Virus record (IMG/VR): IMGVR_UViG_3300002461_000857
Strand: one strand, 5' to 3'
DNA: 64,000 nt
Origin: a virus
The number at the start of each line of letters is the position of its first letter. Position 1 is the stretch's first letter. Shown here in pieces: positions 34,731-44,012 of this stretch. The translations under genes were made by a program, and so were the position numbers. The notes beneath the pieces are model-generated. The model made no database searches, was not told where the DNA came from, and saw only the letters and a list, made by a program, of their open reading frames with translations.

Positions 34731-36599
34731 TCATCGGCTCGAGCCGCGGGCGAGCCTTGCTGCGATGCTTCTCGGATCTCGGGATGGGTTCGCGGCGATG
34801 TCTGCGGTGGCCGCGTCCCGGAGCTTCAGGGTTCCGACGATCTTGCGGATCTTGCGGAACCCGTCGGCGCACCGCGCCATGTTGTTGGTCATGGCCGCCG
34901 CGAAGCTCTCATCATGGTAGTCGATTCCGTCCGCGAGGTGGGTGCACTCGTGGATCGCCAGCGCGTAGAGTCTCTTCAGGTCGGTCTGGTCGGTGGGGGT
35001 GAAGGTGTCGTCTCGTCTCCGGGGCGACGTGTAGGGGTTCAGGAGGAGCCACTTGTCCTCCTCCTCCTCGAGGAACGCCGCCTGGAAGTCCGAGGAGAAG
35101 ACCCATCCAACGCCGAAGGGTCGGAAGTTTCCGAGCTGCATCAGCACGAACCTGCAGAGCTCCGTCCACGTCCGGGCCAGCTTCATCGGCTGCGGCTTCA
35201 TCGTCTCCGGCATGAACTTCGACGGGACCTTGAAACCTTCGATCTCGTTGACGACGAAGAAGTCCGGCGACCAAGCGAGCTGACGGACGCTCTCCTCGAC
35301 ATGGTGAGCACCTGCGAAGTCGATGCTTCGAAGCAGCTCCGATGCCAGATCAGCATCGGGGAGCTCGGAGATCCGACCAGACTCGGTAACCCTCGACTGA
35401 GAGAGGAGAGACATGACCCTGGAGATCGCCAGGATGTCCGAGTCGGATATCTCGGTCCGACCATCTCGAGTCGGAGGGATCGACGTGATCTGCGAAAGGA
35501 GGTCGGCCTGGTCTCGACGAGCCTGGAACTTTCCGGCCCCGCTGTACTTCTTTCGAATCAGGCCCTTCTTGCTCCGAAGCGCGGACAGGACGTCCTTCGC
35601 CATGCGGCTGGTGAGATCGCTGATCGCACGACGGATCTCGTAGCTCCTGAATCCGTCACGGTTCGCCGTGAGCACCTGGATCGATGGTGCGATGATCTCG
35701 GCGAGGACCTGCTTCTTCTCGAGAGAGGAGACCCACTCCGAGAACATGAACAGGCCGTTCACACGCACATAGATGTGATTCGAGTCGTAGTCCACGTTGG
35801 CCGTGTAGACCTGAACCGATCCTTCCACCTCTTCGATCAGCGTGTCTCCACGAAGGATCGCCTTAGGATTTGCGATCCTCGTCGTTCCATCAGACGACCG
35901 CTTCGTGACGCGGAAGTTGATGTTGGGAAGGTAGCACTTCGAGATGAACGAGATCGCTGCAGCGTCGCTCGTCGCCTCATCGGCGGGCATCACGACCTCG
36001 AGCCTTGTTCCGTTCAAGTACGGCGCATCTCTGGTCTCGTATCCGACGCCGACGCCATCCACCCTCTTGTTTCGCGTGTGGACGGACCATGAGAGCCAGG
36101 GAAGGATCAGGAGTTCCTTCGCCTTTCCGAACCCTCCAGAGGCTCCGCTTCCCAGCGTCTTGGTCGATCCACCGAGCATCAGGAACTTGTTGATCAGGAC
36201 GTCCTCGGACATCCCGCCGCCGTTGTCTTGCATCGATACCGTGAAGGTCCCATCCTCGTTCTGGGCAACCTCGCAGAGGATCTCTGTGGCCCCTGCGTCG
36301 GCGCTGTTCTGGATCGCCTCCCTCCACCACTTCTCTTTCCAGTCGACGTAGTCCTTGAGTACCGTGGTGAAGAACTCACGACTGATCCCGATCGACGGGT
36401 TCATTCGTCGACCCTTGGGACCGACGAATGCCGCAACCATCTTCACACCGTCCTCATCGATGTGCTCGCCGAGGTAACGAGCACGATCGATGGAGATCGC
36501 AGCGAGGAGGTCTCCGTACGCGTCTGTAAGAGACGACGCTACGTAGACGCCGTCTCGAAGAGATTCGGGGCGGAACGAGTCGATCAGTTCGGTCGCCAT
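34731..36599 (-). CDS. GHKL (Hsp90/MutL/MORC-type) ATPase with a C-terminal HExxH segment and the shared tag (IAARLARGSSR)
   Basis: REAIQNSADA, DNGGGM, GGFGKAK; AIHECTHL...YHDESF. Confidence 0.85.
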   Translation of the reverse strand: MATELIDSFRPESLRDGVYVASSLTDAYGDLLAAISIDRARYLGEHIDEDGVKMVAAFVGPKGRRMNPSIGISREFFTTVLKDYVDWKEKWWREAIQNSADAGATEILCEVAQNEDGTFTVSMQDNGGGMSEDVLINKFLMLGGSTKTLGSGASGGFGKAKELLILPWLSWSVHTRNKRVDGVGVGYETRDAPYLNGTRLEVVMPADEATSDAAAISFISKCYLPNINFRVTKRSSDGTTRIANPKAILRGDTLIEEVEGSVQVYTANVDYDSNHIYVRVNGLFMFSEWVSSLEKKQVLAEIIAPSIQVLTANRDGFRSYEIRRAISDLTSRMAKDVLSALRSKKGLIRKKYSGAGKFQARRDQADLLSQITSIPPTRDGRTEISDSDILAISRVMSLLSQSRVTESGRISELPDADLASELLRSIDFAGAHHVEESVRQLAWSPDFFVVNEIEGFKVPSKFMPETMKPQPMKLARTWTELCRFVLMQLGNFRPFGVGWVFSSDFQAAFLEEEEDKWLLLNPYTSPRRRDDTFTPTDQTDLKRLYALAIHECTHLADGIDYHDESFAAAMTNNMARCADGFRKIRKIVGTLKLRDAATADIAANPSRDPRSIAARLARGSSR

Positions 36600-36603
36600 G
36601 GGT

Positions 36604-37443
36604 CTACCGACGCATCTGGATCGGCTGCGGAACGGGGACGTTCAAGGCCTTCTTGTTCCAGTACGACTGGGCCGCGACGGTTCCCAGAAGGTCCACGGCA
36701 TCCCACAGGATCGCGACTGGATCGTCCGCGGCGGCGGTGAGCGGCTTCGTGGACTTCCAGTCGACCTCGGGGGCGAGCCCGGCCAGGATCTTGTAGATCG
36801 CGGCGGTTCTCTCGACCTCATCGTTCCATCTCGTACCGTTCGCGACTCGGTACAAGGCGTCCTCGGAGATCTGCCGAGCCGTCTCGCCGCTGACGTTCAA
36901 GACCAGAGCTCCAGCTGCCTTGCCGTCAGCGACGGTGGACGACTGGAACGTGGTCAGTCCCTCGTTCGCAGCCCCGATCATCGAATCCGACGAGTTCGCC
37001 AGGCCTTGCCCGCCCACGCTGAACTTGGCCCCGAGGATGAGCAGGTCTGGCCGGGTCGGGATGTTCGGGCTCGAGACATCGAGGCGGTTCACGTAGTCGA
37101 AGACGAGCGGAGTTGCCGGCGGCTCAGGGGTACTGCGCAGAAGGATCGGCTGCATGATGTCCGACAGCACGTCGGGGGAGTCGGCGAGCGTCGCACCCAT
37201 GTCGAGGTAGCTGGACAGATCCAGCTTCGCGTCGGTCAACGCCTTCTTCTCCTTGCGGCTCCGGACGATCTTGCGGATCCCGAGGCCGCCCGCGATCCCG
37301 ACCGCTGCCAACGCCACCGCGCCGAAGATCGTGGACGCGGCGGGGTTGCCTCGGAACGGGTTCAGCTTCCGGATCATCCCGATCGGGTTCATGCTTCTGC
37401 GGCCCTTGGCCTTCTTGCTCTTCGACTTCTTGTTCTTCGCCAT
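36604..37443 (-). CDS. N-terminally anchored virion-like protein
   Basis: Basic leader with three NP motifs, then a TM segment. Confidence 0.75.
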   Translation of the reverse strand: MAKNKKSKSKKAKGRRSMNPIGMIRKLNPFRGNPAASTIFGAVALAAVGIAGGLGIRKIVRSRKEKKALTDAKLDLSSYLDMGATLADSPDVLSDIMQPILLRSTPEPPATPLVFDYVNRLDVSSPNIPTRPDLLILGAKFSVGGQGLANSSDSMIGAANEGLTTFQSSTVADGKAAGALVLNVSGETARQISEDALYRVANGTRWNDEVERTAAIYKILAGLAPEVDWKSTKPLTAAADDPVAILWDAVDLLGTVAAQSYWNKKALNVPVPQPIQMRR

Positions 37444-37485
37444 GGTCTTGCCTGTTCTTCGTTGAGGAGTGATGGATGTCGCAGA

Positions 37486-37845
37486 TCAGTAGATGCTTCT
37501 GATCACCCAGGGCTTGTGCGATCGCTTTCCGGTCGCTGCAGGGTTCATCGACTTTGGCTTCCCGAGCCTTGGGGTTCCGTTCCGATCCAGGATCTCTTTC
37601 TCCGCCAAGAAGAGTGCTCCCTGCTCGGTGATGGTGCTGTTGAGCTCGTAGATCTCACCGGTCGATGCGTCCTGGATCATCGGGATCCAAGAACCGCTGC
37701 TCTCCTCAGCCCAGTAGTTGTAGATCTTGTTCAACACAAGATCCCGTTTCATGGCTGCGGTCGCGATCGCCCCACCGACAAGAAATCCTCCGATGCCGAT
37801 CAGAGATGCGACGATCCAGGACGGGTTGCTCTTTCTTCGACTCAT
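37486..37845 (-). CDS. N-terminally anchored virion-like protein
   Basis: MSRRKSNP followed by WIVASLIGIGGFLVGGAIA. Confidence 0.7.
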   Translation of the reverse strand: MSRRKSNPSWIVASLIGIGGFLVGGAIATAAMKRDLVLNKIYNYWAEESSGSWIPMIQDASTGEIYELNSTITEQGALFLAEKEILDRNGTPRLGKPKSMNPAATGKRSHKPWVIRSIY

Positions 37846-39194
37846 GACATCTCCTCTTCGAGGCTTGGAAGCGTGAACGCGAGATCGATCCAGTCCGCAG
37901 CGTCGCGGCTCGCCAGCTGTGCGGCGGAAGGGATGACCCATTCTTCGACCAGTGCCTTGAACGGACCGGCCTTGATCCGACCCTCCGAGTCGAGTGTGTC
38001 CTCGAAGGCTGCAGCGCAGCCTCCAAACCCACCAGGGATGAACCATGTCGCCTTGTTCTCGGTACACTCGATCGTGACGGATCGATCCATCACGCCCTGT
38101 GCGATGTAGGTGTGGTTCGCGACGACGATCGTCCATCGGAACTGGTTCGGAGAGACCGTAATCGATGCTGCCGAGTCCATGTTGGATCCGAACACATCAT
38201 CGTGTCGCTTCAGGCTCTCGATCGTGCCTCCGGGTCCCGCGGTGTATCCCTTCCAGTCGACACGGATCCACATCTTCTGTGGGGCAGCGCCTGTGTAGCT
38301 GTACCAGCCGTAGAACTTCCACGGATCCGCAGGAGGCGTCGGGATGACGACCTGCTTGACCTCGCTCGGAACCGTCGCAGGCTTGATCGGGGCCGGGGAA
38401 GGCTTGTTGTCCGCGCGTGGTGGAAGCCCAGCTCTGCGCTTGGTGGAGAAGTAGTAGAAGCCGCCGATGAGGAAGACGATCGATGCGATCCCCAGCGCGA
38501 TGGCCGGAAGTCCAAATACGGCACGAATGTTGGACGCCTCTTCAGAGGTCGGATTGGCCATTCGCTTGGCCTTCGATCGAGCCTTGGACTTCTTCTTTGG
38601 AACGCCCTTGTTCTTGTGACCGTGGTTCATGGCGACCTCGACGTACTTGGTCTTCGCTCTCGGGCCTGATGCATCCACGACGACGATCTTCCCTGATCGG
38701 ATCAGATCCTGGACATCTTCCCACTCCGGATCGGAGTCGTAGTAGACACGAGTCGCGTCGATGTCTCCGGCATCGAGCTGTGCCGACTCGATCGACTCGA
38801 TCACACCAATCCGTACTCTCTTGGGAGGATTGGTTGCCTTGACCCTGGAAGGACCCTGTCCTCCGCTCTTGTGAAGGATGACTCGGCCTTCATCCGTCAT
38901 GAAGGTGATGCCGTTCAGCCACAGCTCTGCGGCTTTCTTCGCTTCGCTTTCGAGAAGCGGTGACCCGGAGATCGTCGCGTGGTTCGCGTACTTGTCGGTG
39001 GCGACAAACATTACGGTGTACGCCTGCTTCTTTCCGAATCGAACCGGCTTGGTCTTTCCCCTCGGCGTCGTTTCATGGGCCGGGGACAGGCGGATCACGC
39101 CGTCTCCGCGAACGACGCTGATCGGATCACTCTCGACGTATCTGGATCCGAGCACCGTTGACTCGTTCCAGTTCAGCGTTGGCGTCATGTTCAT
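37842..39194 (-). CDS. Multidomain membrane-anchored protein (possibly two in-frame products)
   Basis: Internal basic-ANP-TM block after about residue 190. Confidence 0.65.
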   Translation of the reverse strand: MNMTPTLNWNESTVLGSRYVESDPISVVRGDGVIRLSPAHETTPRGKTKPVRFGKKQAYTVMFVATDKYANHATISGSPLLESEAKKAAELWLNGITFMTDEGRVILHKSGGQGPSRVKATNPPKRVRIGVIESIESAQLDAGDIDATRVYYDSDPEWEDVQDLIRSGKIVVVDASGPRAKTKYVEVAMNHGHKNKGVPKKKSKARSKAKRMANPTSEEASNIRAVFGLPAIALGIASIVFLIGGFYYFSTKRRAGLPPRADNKPSPAPIKPATVPSEVKQVVIPTPPADPWKFYGWYSYTGAAPQKMWIRVDWKGYTAGPGGTIESLKRHDDVFGSNMDSAASITVSPNQFRWTIVVANHTYIAQGVMDRSVTIECTENKATWFIPGGFGGCAAAFEDTLDSEGRIKAGPFKALVEEWVIPSAAQLASRDAADWIDLAFTLPSLEEEMS

Positions 39195-39207
39195 CGTTCG
39201 AGTCTTT

Positions 39208-40017
39208 CTAGTGGATCAGGCCCTTGGCGTGCATGTCGAGACGACCACCATGGATCATGATCACCTGAGGAAGACCGTCGTCAGGATCGTCGTCCTGCCA
39301 CGTCCACACCTTGGGACCATGATCGTGGATGTAGGTCGCGCCGTCGATCATGCCCTTGGAGTTGCTTCGCTTCTCCCACTTGTCGCTCCGGTACGTGATC
39401 GAGTCGGACATTCCGACCGGAACGATGAGGAGATTGTCCGGAATCTCGATCTCGTCGTAGCACTTCGCCTCTCGCTTCGACCATGTCTTGTAGTGCTCTG
39501 CGGCTCCGCGAAGCTCATTCGGAATCCTGCTGCAGGAGGTCTGTCGGAGATGAGGGAAGCAGTAGATCCTCTTGTTCTTGTGATCCCAGTAGACCTCAGG
39601 GGGATCGTCGTCCGATGCGAAGCTCCTGATCTGCAGGTTGCCGATCGAGTCGATGAACGCGTATTCGATCATTCGACCGAGTCCGATGCATGGACCTGGC
39701 TCTGGCAACATCTGGTCTTCGGGCCAATCCGACTCCAGCGCGTCGAGGCTTCTCCACGCCGATCGCCTCGAGACCTCGTCGAGGTTCGGGATGGTGTCTC
39801 CGACGCCGCCGTACATGGACTTCGCCCGGCGGTACCCGTAGTCCCACTGCTTCCTCGCGTTGCCTTCCAGGGAGTCAGGGCTCTTCGGACGCGGCTCGTA
39901 CAGCGAGGAGTTGAAGAAGTTCGGCTGACGACGTACGGACGTCGGTCCAGCGACTGGCATCGAGAGACGAAGCGATCCGTGCGTGGTCCGGATCGGAAGT
40001 GTTCTACCTCTGGACAT
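39208..40017 (-). CDS. Hypothetical protein
   Basis: 269-aa ORF within the operon. Confidence 0.7.
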   Translation of the reverse strand: MSRGRTLPIRTTHGSLRLSMPVAGPTSVRRQPNFFNSSLYEPRPKSPDSLEGNARKQWDYGYRRAKSMYGGVGDTIPNLDEVSRRSAWRSLDALESDWPEDQMLPEPGPCIGLGRMIEYAFIDSIGNLQIRSFASDDDPPEVYWDHKNKRIYCFPHLRQTSCSRIPNELRGAAEHYKTWSKREAKCYDEIEIPDNLLIVPVGMSDSITYRSDKWEKRSNSKGMIDGATYIHDHGPKVWTWQDDDPDDGLPQVIMIHGGRLDMHAKGLIH

Positions 40018-40020
40018 GGC

Positions 40021-40539
40021 TCAGTCGTCCTCCTCGTCCTCGTCTTCGTCCTCGTCTTCGTCCTCGTCTTCGTCCTCGTCTTCGTCCTCGTCTTCGTCCA
40101 TCTTCTCGACCCTCTTCTTGAGGCTGCCCAGATCGCTGATCATGGACTTCTGAGCACGATCGTACTTGGCGAACCATGCCGGCGGCTTGGAGTCGTCGAC
40201 AACCTTCGGTGCCCTCGAGCGAGTCTCGTGCTCCATCAGCATGGGATGCGGCATGGTTGGGATGAACCCAGTCGGGACTGGAACCGGATCAGGAGTGGAG
40301 GGACTCGGCTGGACAACGAACACTGGCTGAGGTGGAGGAAGCGCTTGCTGAGGATTCACCTTCGCGGCAGCCTTCGACCACATCGCCTCGACGACCTTCG
40401 TCAGAATGATGCCGACGCCGGTCATGATGATCGACGTCATCGCAACAGCGCCGTAGGGGAACCCCTTCTCCTTGACCTCAGGTTTCGAAGGGTTGTCTTT
40501 CACGACGCTCAGGTTTCCTCTTCGTTGGGTAGGTCTCAT
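40021..40539 (-). CDS. Membrane-anchored protein with a poly-(ED) tail
   Basis: KDNP, TM segment, Pro-rich linker, EDEDED... C-terminus encoded by a 12-bp repeat at ~40024-40100. Confidence 0.7.
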   Translation of the reverse strand: MRPTQRRGNLSVVKDNPSKPEVKEKGFPYGAVAMTSIIMTGVGIILTKVVEAMWSKAAAKVNPQQALPPPQPVFVVQPSPSTPDPVPVPTGFIPTMPHPMLMEHETRSRAPKVVDDSKPPAWFAKYDRAQKSMISDLGSLKKRVEKMDEDEDEDEDEDEDEDEDEDEDEEDD

Positions 40540-40545
40540 GGATCC

Positions 40546-41340
40546 TCATGCGGCGATCGATCTTCGCCGAACAGAGATGAGCCTTGGGGCTCTTCGTGAT
40601 GGATTGGAGAAGATCGATCCGAGTGACTTTCTCACCGCAATCGCTCCGGGGTAGTCGCCCACCGATGGAGTCGCATACATGATGCTCGGATCATCGCCGT
40701 TGCTGACGAGATCTTCCTCGAGGCGAACCCGAACGGCGCCAGCTCTGTCTCCCTCTTCCTTCCAGTCGAACATCGTCTTCAGGCTCGCCATCGATCTTCG
40801 GATCGAGAGCCAGTTGCGAGCTTGAGGTGGAAGATCGGGGAAGTAGTTGCGAACGATCCTGACCACATAGTCAGCGAACATCGCGGTGGCATCAGGAGCG
40901 CTGAAGATCAGGTAGGGATCGGCGTTGTGGTACCCGTCGGCCTTGAGCGCAGTTGCGGGAAGGAAACCGTACAATCCTCCTGATCCGAAACAGAAACGAC
41001 TGGCTCCGTAAGGATTGTTCTTCAGGTACGTCGACCTGGCGGAGTTGTAGAGCGAGCATGCCGCTTCCGCCTCCGACGGATCATTGTTGGACGCCTGGGA
41101 ATCCCACTTCGACTCTCGTCTCGCAACGGCCATGCCGATGATCGGAAATCCTCCGCCGATCTGTGCCGTCGTCGCCGCAGTGCTGAGCATCGATCCGACC
41201 CGACACGCCTGATCACTCAGGTGGTCGGGGCATCGATACCCTCCGTCGCTCGATGCGGCGACGACGATCATCGACACCGCCGCGGCCACCGACACGGCGA
41301 CGAGCGATGCCGGAAGCACCCATGGCGGAGCATCCCGCAT
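40546..41340 (-). CDS. Membrane-anchored lytic transglycosylase (SLT-like)
   Basis: TM N-terminus; VARRESKWDSQA (catalytic ES motif) and GLYGF (GLMQ-like motif). Confidence 0.6.
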   Translation of the reverse strand: MRDAPPWVLPASLVAVSVAAAVSMIVVAASSDGGYRCPDHLSDQACRVGSMLSTAATTAQIGGGFPIIGMAVARRESKWDSQASNNDPSEAEAACSLYNSARSTYLKNNPYGASRFCFGSGGLYGFLPATALKADGYHNADPYLIFSAPDATAMFADYVVRIVRNYFPDLPPQARNWLSIRRSMASLKTMFDWKEEGDRAGAVRVRLEEDLVSNGDDPSIMYATPSVGDYPGAIAVRKSLGSIFSNPSRRAPRLISVRRRSIAA

Positions 41341-41891
41341 CAGCCATGGCCCCCGGCGAAGCGAAGGGACTGAGCTCGTGGTCGCTTCGGAGAAGCCTGG
41401 CGTGCTGCAGGTGCTGGGTTCGACGCTGGTCGAGGAGGTACTGGGTCCTTCGCCGACGACTGTGGGGAAGACGATCCGCTGCTCGCGTCCGTGTCGACCT
41501 TGGGCTTGGCCGAGGCGGACGGGTTCTTCCGACTCGGACGCTTCGCTTGCTTCTTCGCGAGTTTCTCGAAGAAGTTCCAGCCCTTCTTCCCGACCTCGGC
41601 GATCCCCTCTGCTGCCATGCGACCGATCGCCGGAGCGTAGTCCTTCATGTGCTCGGGAACGAGACGCTCCGTGACGAGATGGATCGTGGCCTGCTCGAGC
41701 GCGGAGAATGCTCCGTCCTCGGTCTTGTAGGCGGGGATGTCCTCGTCCTGGGTCAGTCTCTCGATCGTCGATCCGAGATCAACGGCGTCGTGGGCGTAGT
41801 GGGTTCTCCCGAGCGCGTCGAGTACGATGAACCCGCCAGTTTCACGACGGCTGACGATCACACCGATCTTGTGAGATGCATCCATTGGCAT
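41340..41891 (-). CDS. Hypothetical protein with a basic Pro/Ser-rich tail
   Basis: TGATG coupling on both ends; SRKNP and ASNP motifs. Confidence 0.6.
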   Translation of the reverse strand: MPMDASHKIGVIVSRRETGGFIVLDALGRTHYAHDAVDLGSTIERLTQDEDIPAYKTEDGAFSALEQATIHLVTERLVPEHMKDYAPAIGRMAAEGIAEVGKKGWNFFEKLAKKQAKRPSRKNPSASAKPKVDTDASSGSSSPQSSAKDPVPPRPASNPAPAARQASPKRPRAQSLRFAGGHG

Positions 41892-42370
41892 CACCACCAG
41901 ATCGACTTGGATGACGATCTCCGTCGGACCGAAGGCATGGTCAGTCCGAGCTGGAGTCGGACGAGTGAGGGCTGGCAGGTGGTCGTTCCGTTGATCGTCA
42001 CGCACTTCGGGAACGACTTCTTCTTGCGTGCCGATCCTCTTCCGGCACCCGTGATCGAGAGCGGGCCGACCGGTGCCATGCCTGGCTGGCAGGTGGTCAC
42101 GCCGTTGATCGTCACGCACTTCGGGAACGACTTCTTCTTGCGCGTCACTCGTGGACTCGAGACCATGCTCGGGTTGACGGCACGAAGCATCGGAGGCGAA
42201 TACGCCATCCCGATCGAACCCATCGCCCTAGACCACCACGAAGGCTTCGGGTTCAGTTCTGCCTGGACGACTCGGCACCACTTGCCGGTGCAGTTCTTCG
42301 GATTTCGAACCGGACCATTCCACCGTCGGGTGCTCGAGTCAGGCGACTCGTTTGATTCTTGCTGTCTCAT
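41891..42370 (-). CDS. Small basic protein with a duplicated RKKKSFPKCVTING(V/T)TTCQP motif
   Basis: 59-bp direct repeat at 41970-42028 and 42084-42142. Confidence 0.65.
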   Translation of the reverse strand: MRQQESNESPDSSTRRWNGPVRNPKNCTGKWCRVVQAELNPKPSWWSRAMGSIGMAYSPPMLRAVNPSMVSSPRVTRKKKSFPKCVTINGVTTCQPGMAPVGPLSITGAGRGSARKKKSFPKCVTINGTTTCQPSLVRLQLGLTMPSVRRRSSSKSIWW

Positions 42371-42413
42371 GGATCCTTGCTCCGGATTCTGATCTTACCG
42401 CGTTGTTGAGGAT

Positions 42414-42839
42414 CTAGGCCCATCCCAGTGTCAGGGCCCGGATCCATGGGGTCTGTCGCCTCGGCCACGGACGGGGCCGGGGCGTCGCAGGGTGGGGTGG
42501 GTACGGGGTCGGGATTCCTTCGGCGTTGAGGAGGACCGAGGTGGCGAGATCGATCCTTCGCCGAAGCTCCTGCTCTGCCGCCAGCTTGGGGGCGCCGAGG
42601 CTCGAGGTTGGCCTGAGCTCGAGCATCAGCTCGGATGCGATGGCGGGAGCGTTGCCTCCCCATCGGGCCCGAGCTCGACGATACGCAGGCATGAAGCAGA
42701 CGATCGCCCACTTCGCCGAGACCATCAGTCGGCCGTCGTCGCTCACGGGAGCTCGACACTTCTCGGTACGAAGACGTGGCGACTGCACCACGACGTATCC
42801 GTAGCGACTCAGCCGGACAGGGATGGGATTGATGTTCAC
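42414..42839 (-). CDS. Hypothetical protein
   Basis: GTG start overlaps the upstream TGA; begins MNINP. Confidence 0.55.
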   Translation of the reverse strand: MNINPIPVRLSRYGYVVVQSPRLRTEKCRAPVSDDGRLMVSAKWAIVCFMPAYRRARARWGGNAPAIASELMLELRPTSSLGAPKLAAEQELRRRIDLATSVLLNAEGIPTPYPPHPATPRPRPWPRRQTPWIRALTLGWA

Positions 42840-44011
42840 CCGACTCCTGGAAGCGAGACGCCGTTCATGTCATAGCCCAGGGCCTGAACGGCGGGAGGGG
42901 GATTGATCGTGGACGACCCATCGGACCACAGCATGGTCTGGATCTCTGGGACCGTCTTGGCGAGCGGATTGAGGTCGAACGCCGGTGCGTAGATCAACAT
43001 CTGACTCGAGGCTCCGGTCTGACCCTGGATCCGGTTCCCCCTCAGCGTTGTCGTTCTCAGGATCGGGAGCCCGGACTGGATCCGGCTGACCATGTCGGCG
43101 TGCCTTGGGTACCAGTTCAACCCACGTCCCTCCGAGTTCAGGATGTAGAGCGGGCCCTTCGCCTTGTTCGGATTTCCACCCGGCTCATCGGGATCGTTGC
43201 CACCGGCGAAGTTCAGGTTGGTCTGCCCGTACATCAGGTCGTTGAATCCTCCGGGAGCGATGACGGCCTGACGGACCGACTTGCGAAGCGAGCGTCCGAG
43301 AGAAGCGTTCGGATCTTGACCAGACGCCGAAGCGATCTTCGGATCTTGTCCGGCCATCGACAGCGCCGATGCGAGCAACGCGATGATGAACGCATCGAAT
43401 CCGCTCGCTGGATTGAACGACACGTTCTTGTTCCCGTCGAAGAACATCCCTGGCGTGGGATAGTTCTGCGCGTGAAGTGTGGGCTCCTCCCACGGGTAGC
43501 CCGGATCGCTCGCGGTATGCACGACCCAGTCCGTGGAGATCTCGTCTTCCGGATCGGACGGTATGCCTCTCTCCGCGAAGACTTCGTTCACGATTCTCAC
43601 CGTCGTCGACCAGACGCAGTCCACGCCGCTGATGTCGAGATCGAAGAAAGGAAATGTGATACTACCACCCTTCGGATACTTTCCGAACAGAGTGTTTGCG
43701 ACCTGCGCCGATACGCTCTCTGGATCGTCATCTCCGGCATCGATGATAATCTCTGCAGCGGATCGGATCAGCTGAGGATCGATCGGTGGATAGGGACTTG
43801 GATCGCAGTCCGTGACGCTGGGAACGTCGATGACGTTGTCGTCGGAAGGCTTCTTCTTCTTGGGCTTGTTCCGACTCGCAGCCCATGCCGCAGTTCCGAT
43901 CCCGAGTGTCAGCGCAGCAGCTCCGGCAGCAAGCGCCCACGTCGTCGCGGTCGGGTTTCTTCTGCGCCCCGGTCGGCCATCTCTGAATGGGTTGATGATG
44001 CGAAGTTTCAT
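42836..44011 (-). CDS. N-terminally anchored virion-like protein
   Basis: MKLRIINP...RRRNP followed by a TM segment. Confidence 0.75.
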   Translation of the reverse strand: MKLRIINPFRDGRPGRRRNPTATTWALAAGAAALTLGIGTAAWAASRNKPKKKKPSDDNVIDVPSVTDCDPSPYPPIDPQLIRSAAEIIIDAGDDDPESVSAQVANTLFGKYPKGGSITFPFFDLDISGVDCVWSTTVRIVNEVFAERGIPSDPEDEISTDWVVHTASDPGYPWEEPTLHAQNYPTPGMFFDGNKNVSFNPASGFDAFIIALLASALSMAGQDPKIASASGQDPNASLGRSLRKSVRQAVIAPGGFNDLMYGQTNLNFAGGNDPDEPGGNPNKAKGPLYILNSEGRGLNWYPRHADMVSRIQSGLPILRTTTLRGNRIQGQTGASSQMLIYAPAFDLNPLAKTVPEIQTMLWSDGSSTINPPPAVQALGYDMNGVSLPGVG

Positions 44012-44012
44012 G

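Noticed and set aside
40024-40100. Microsatellites here and at ~63740-63780 as contingency loci
   Set aside because: Unit lengths are multiples of 3 and simply encode poly-acidic tracts; no frameshift switching is implied.
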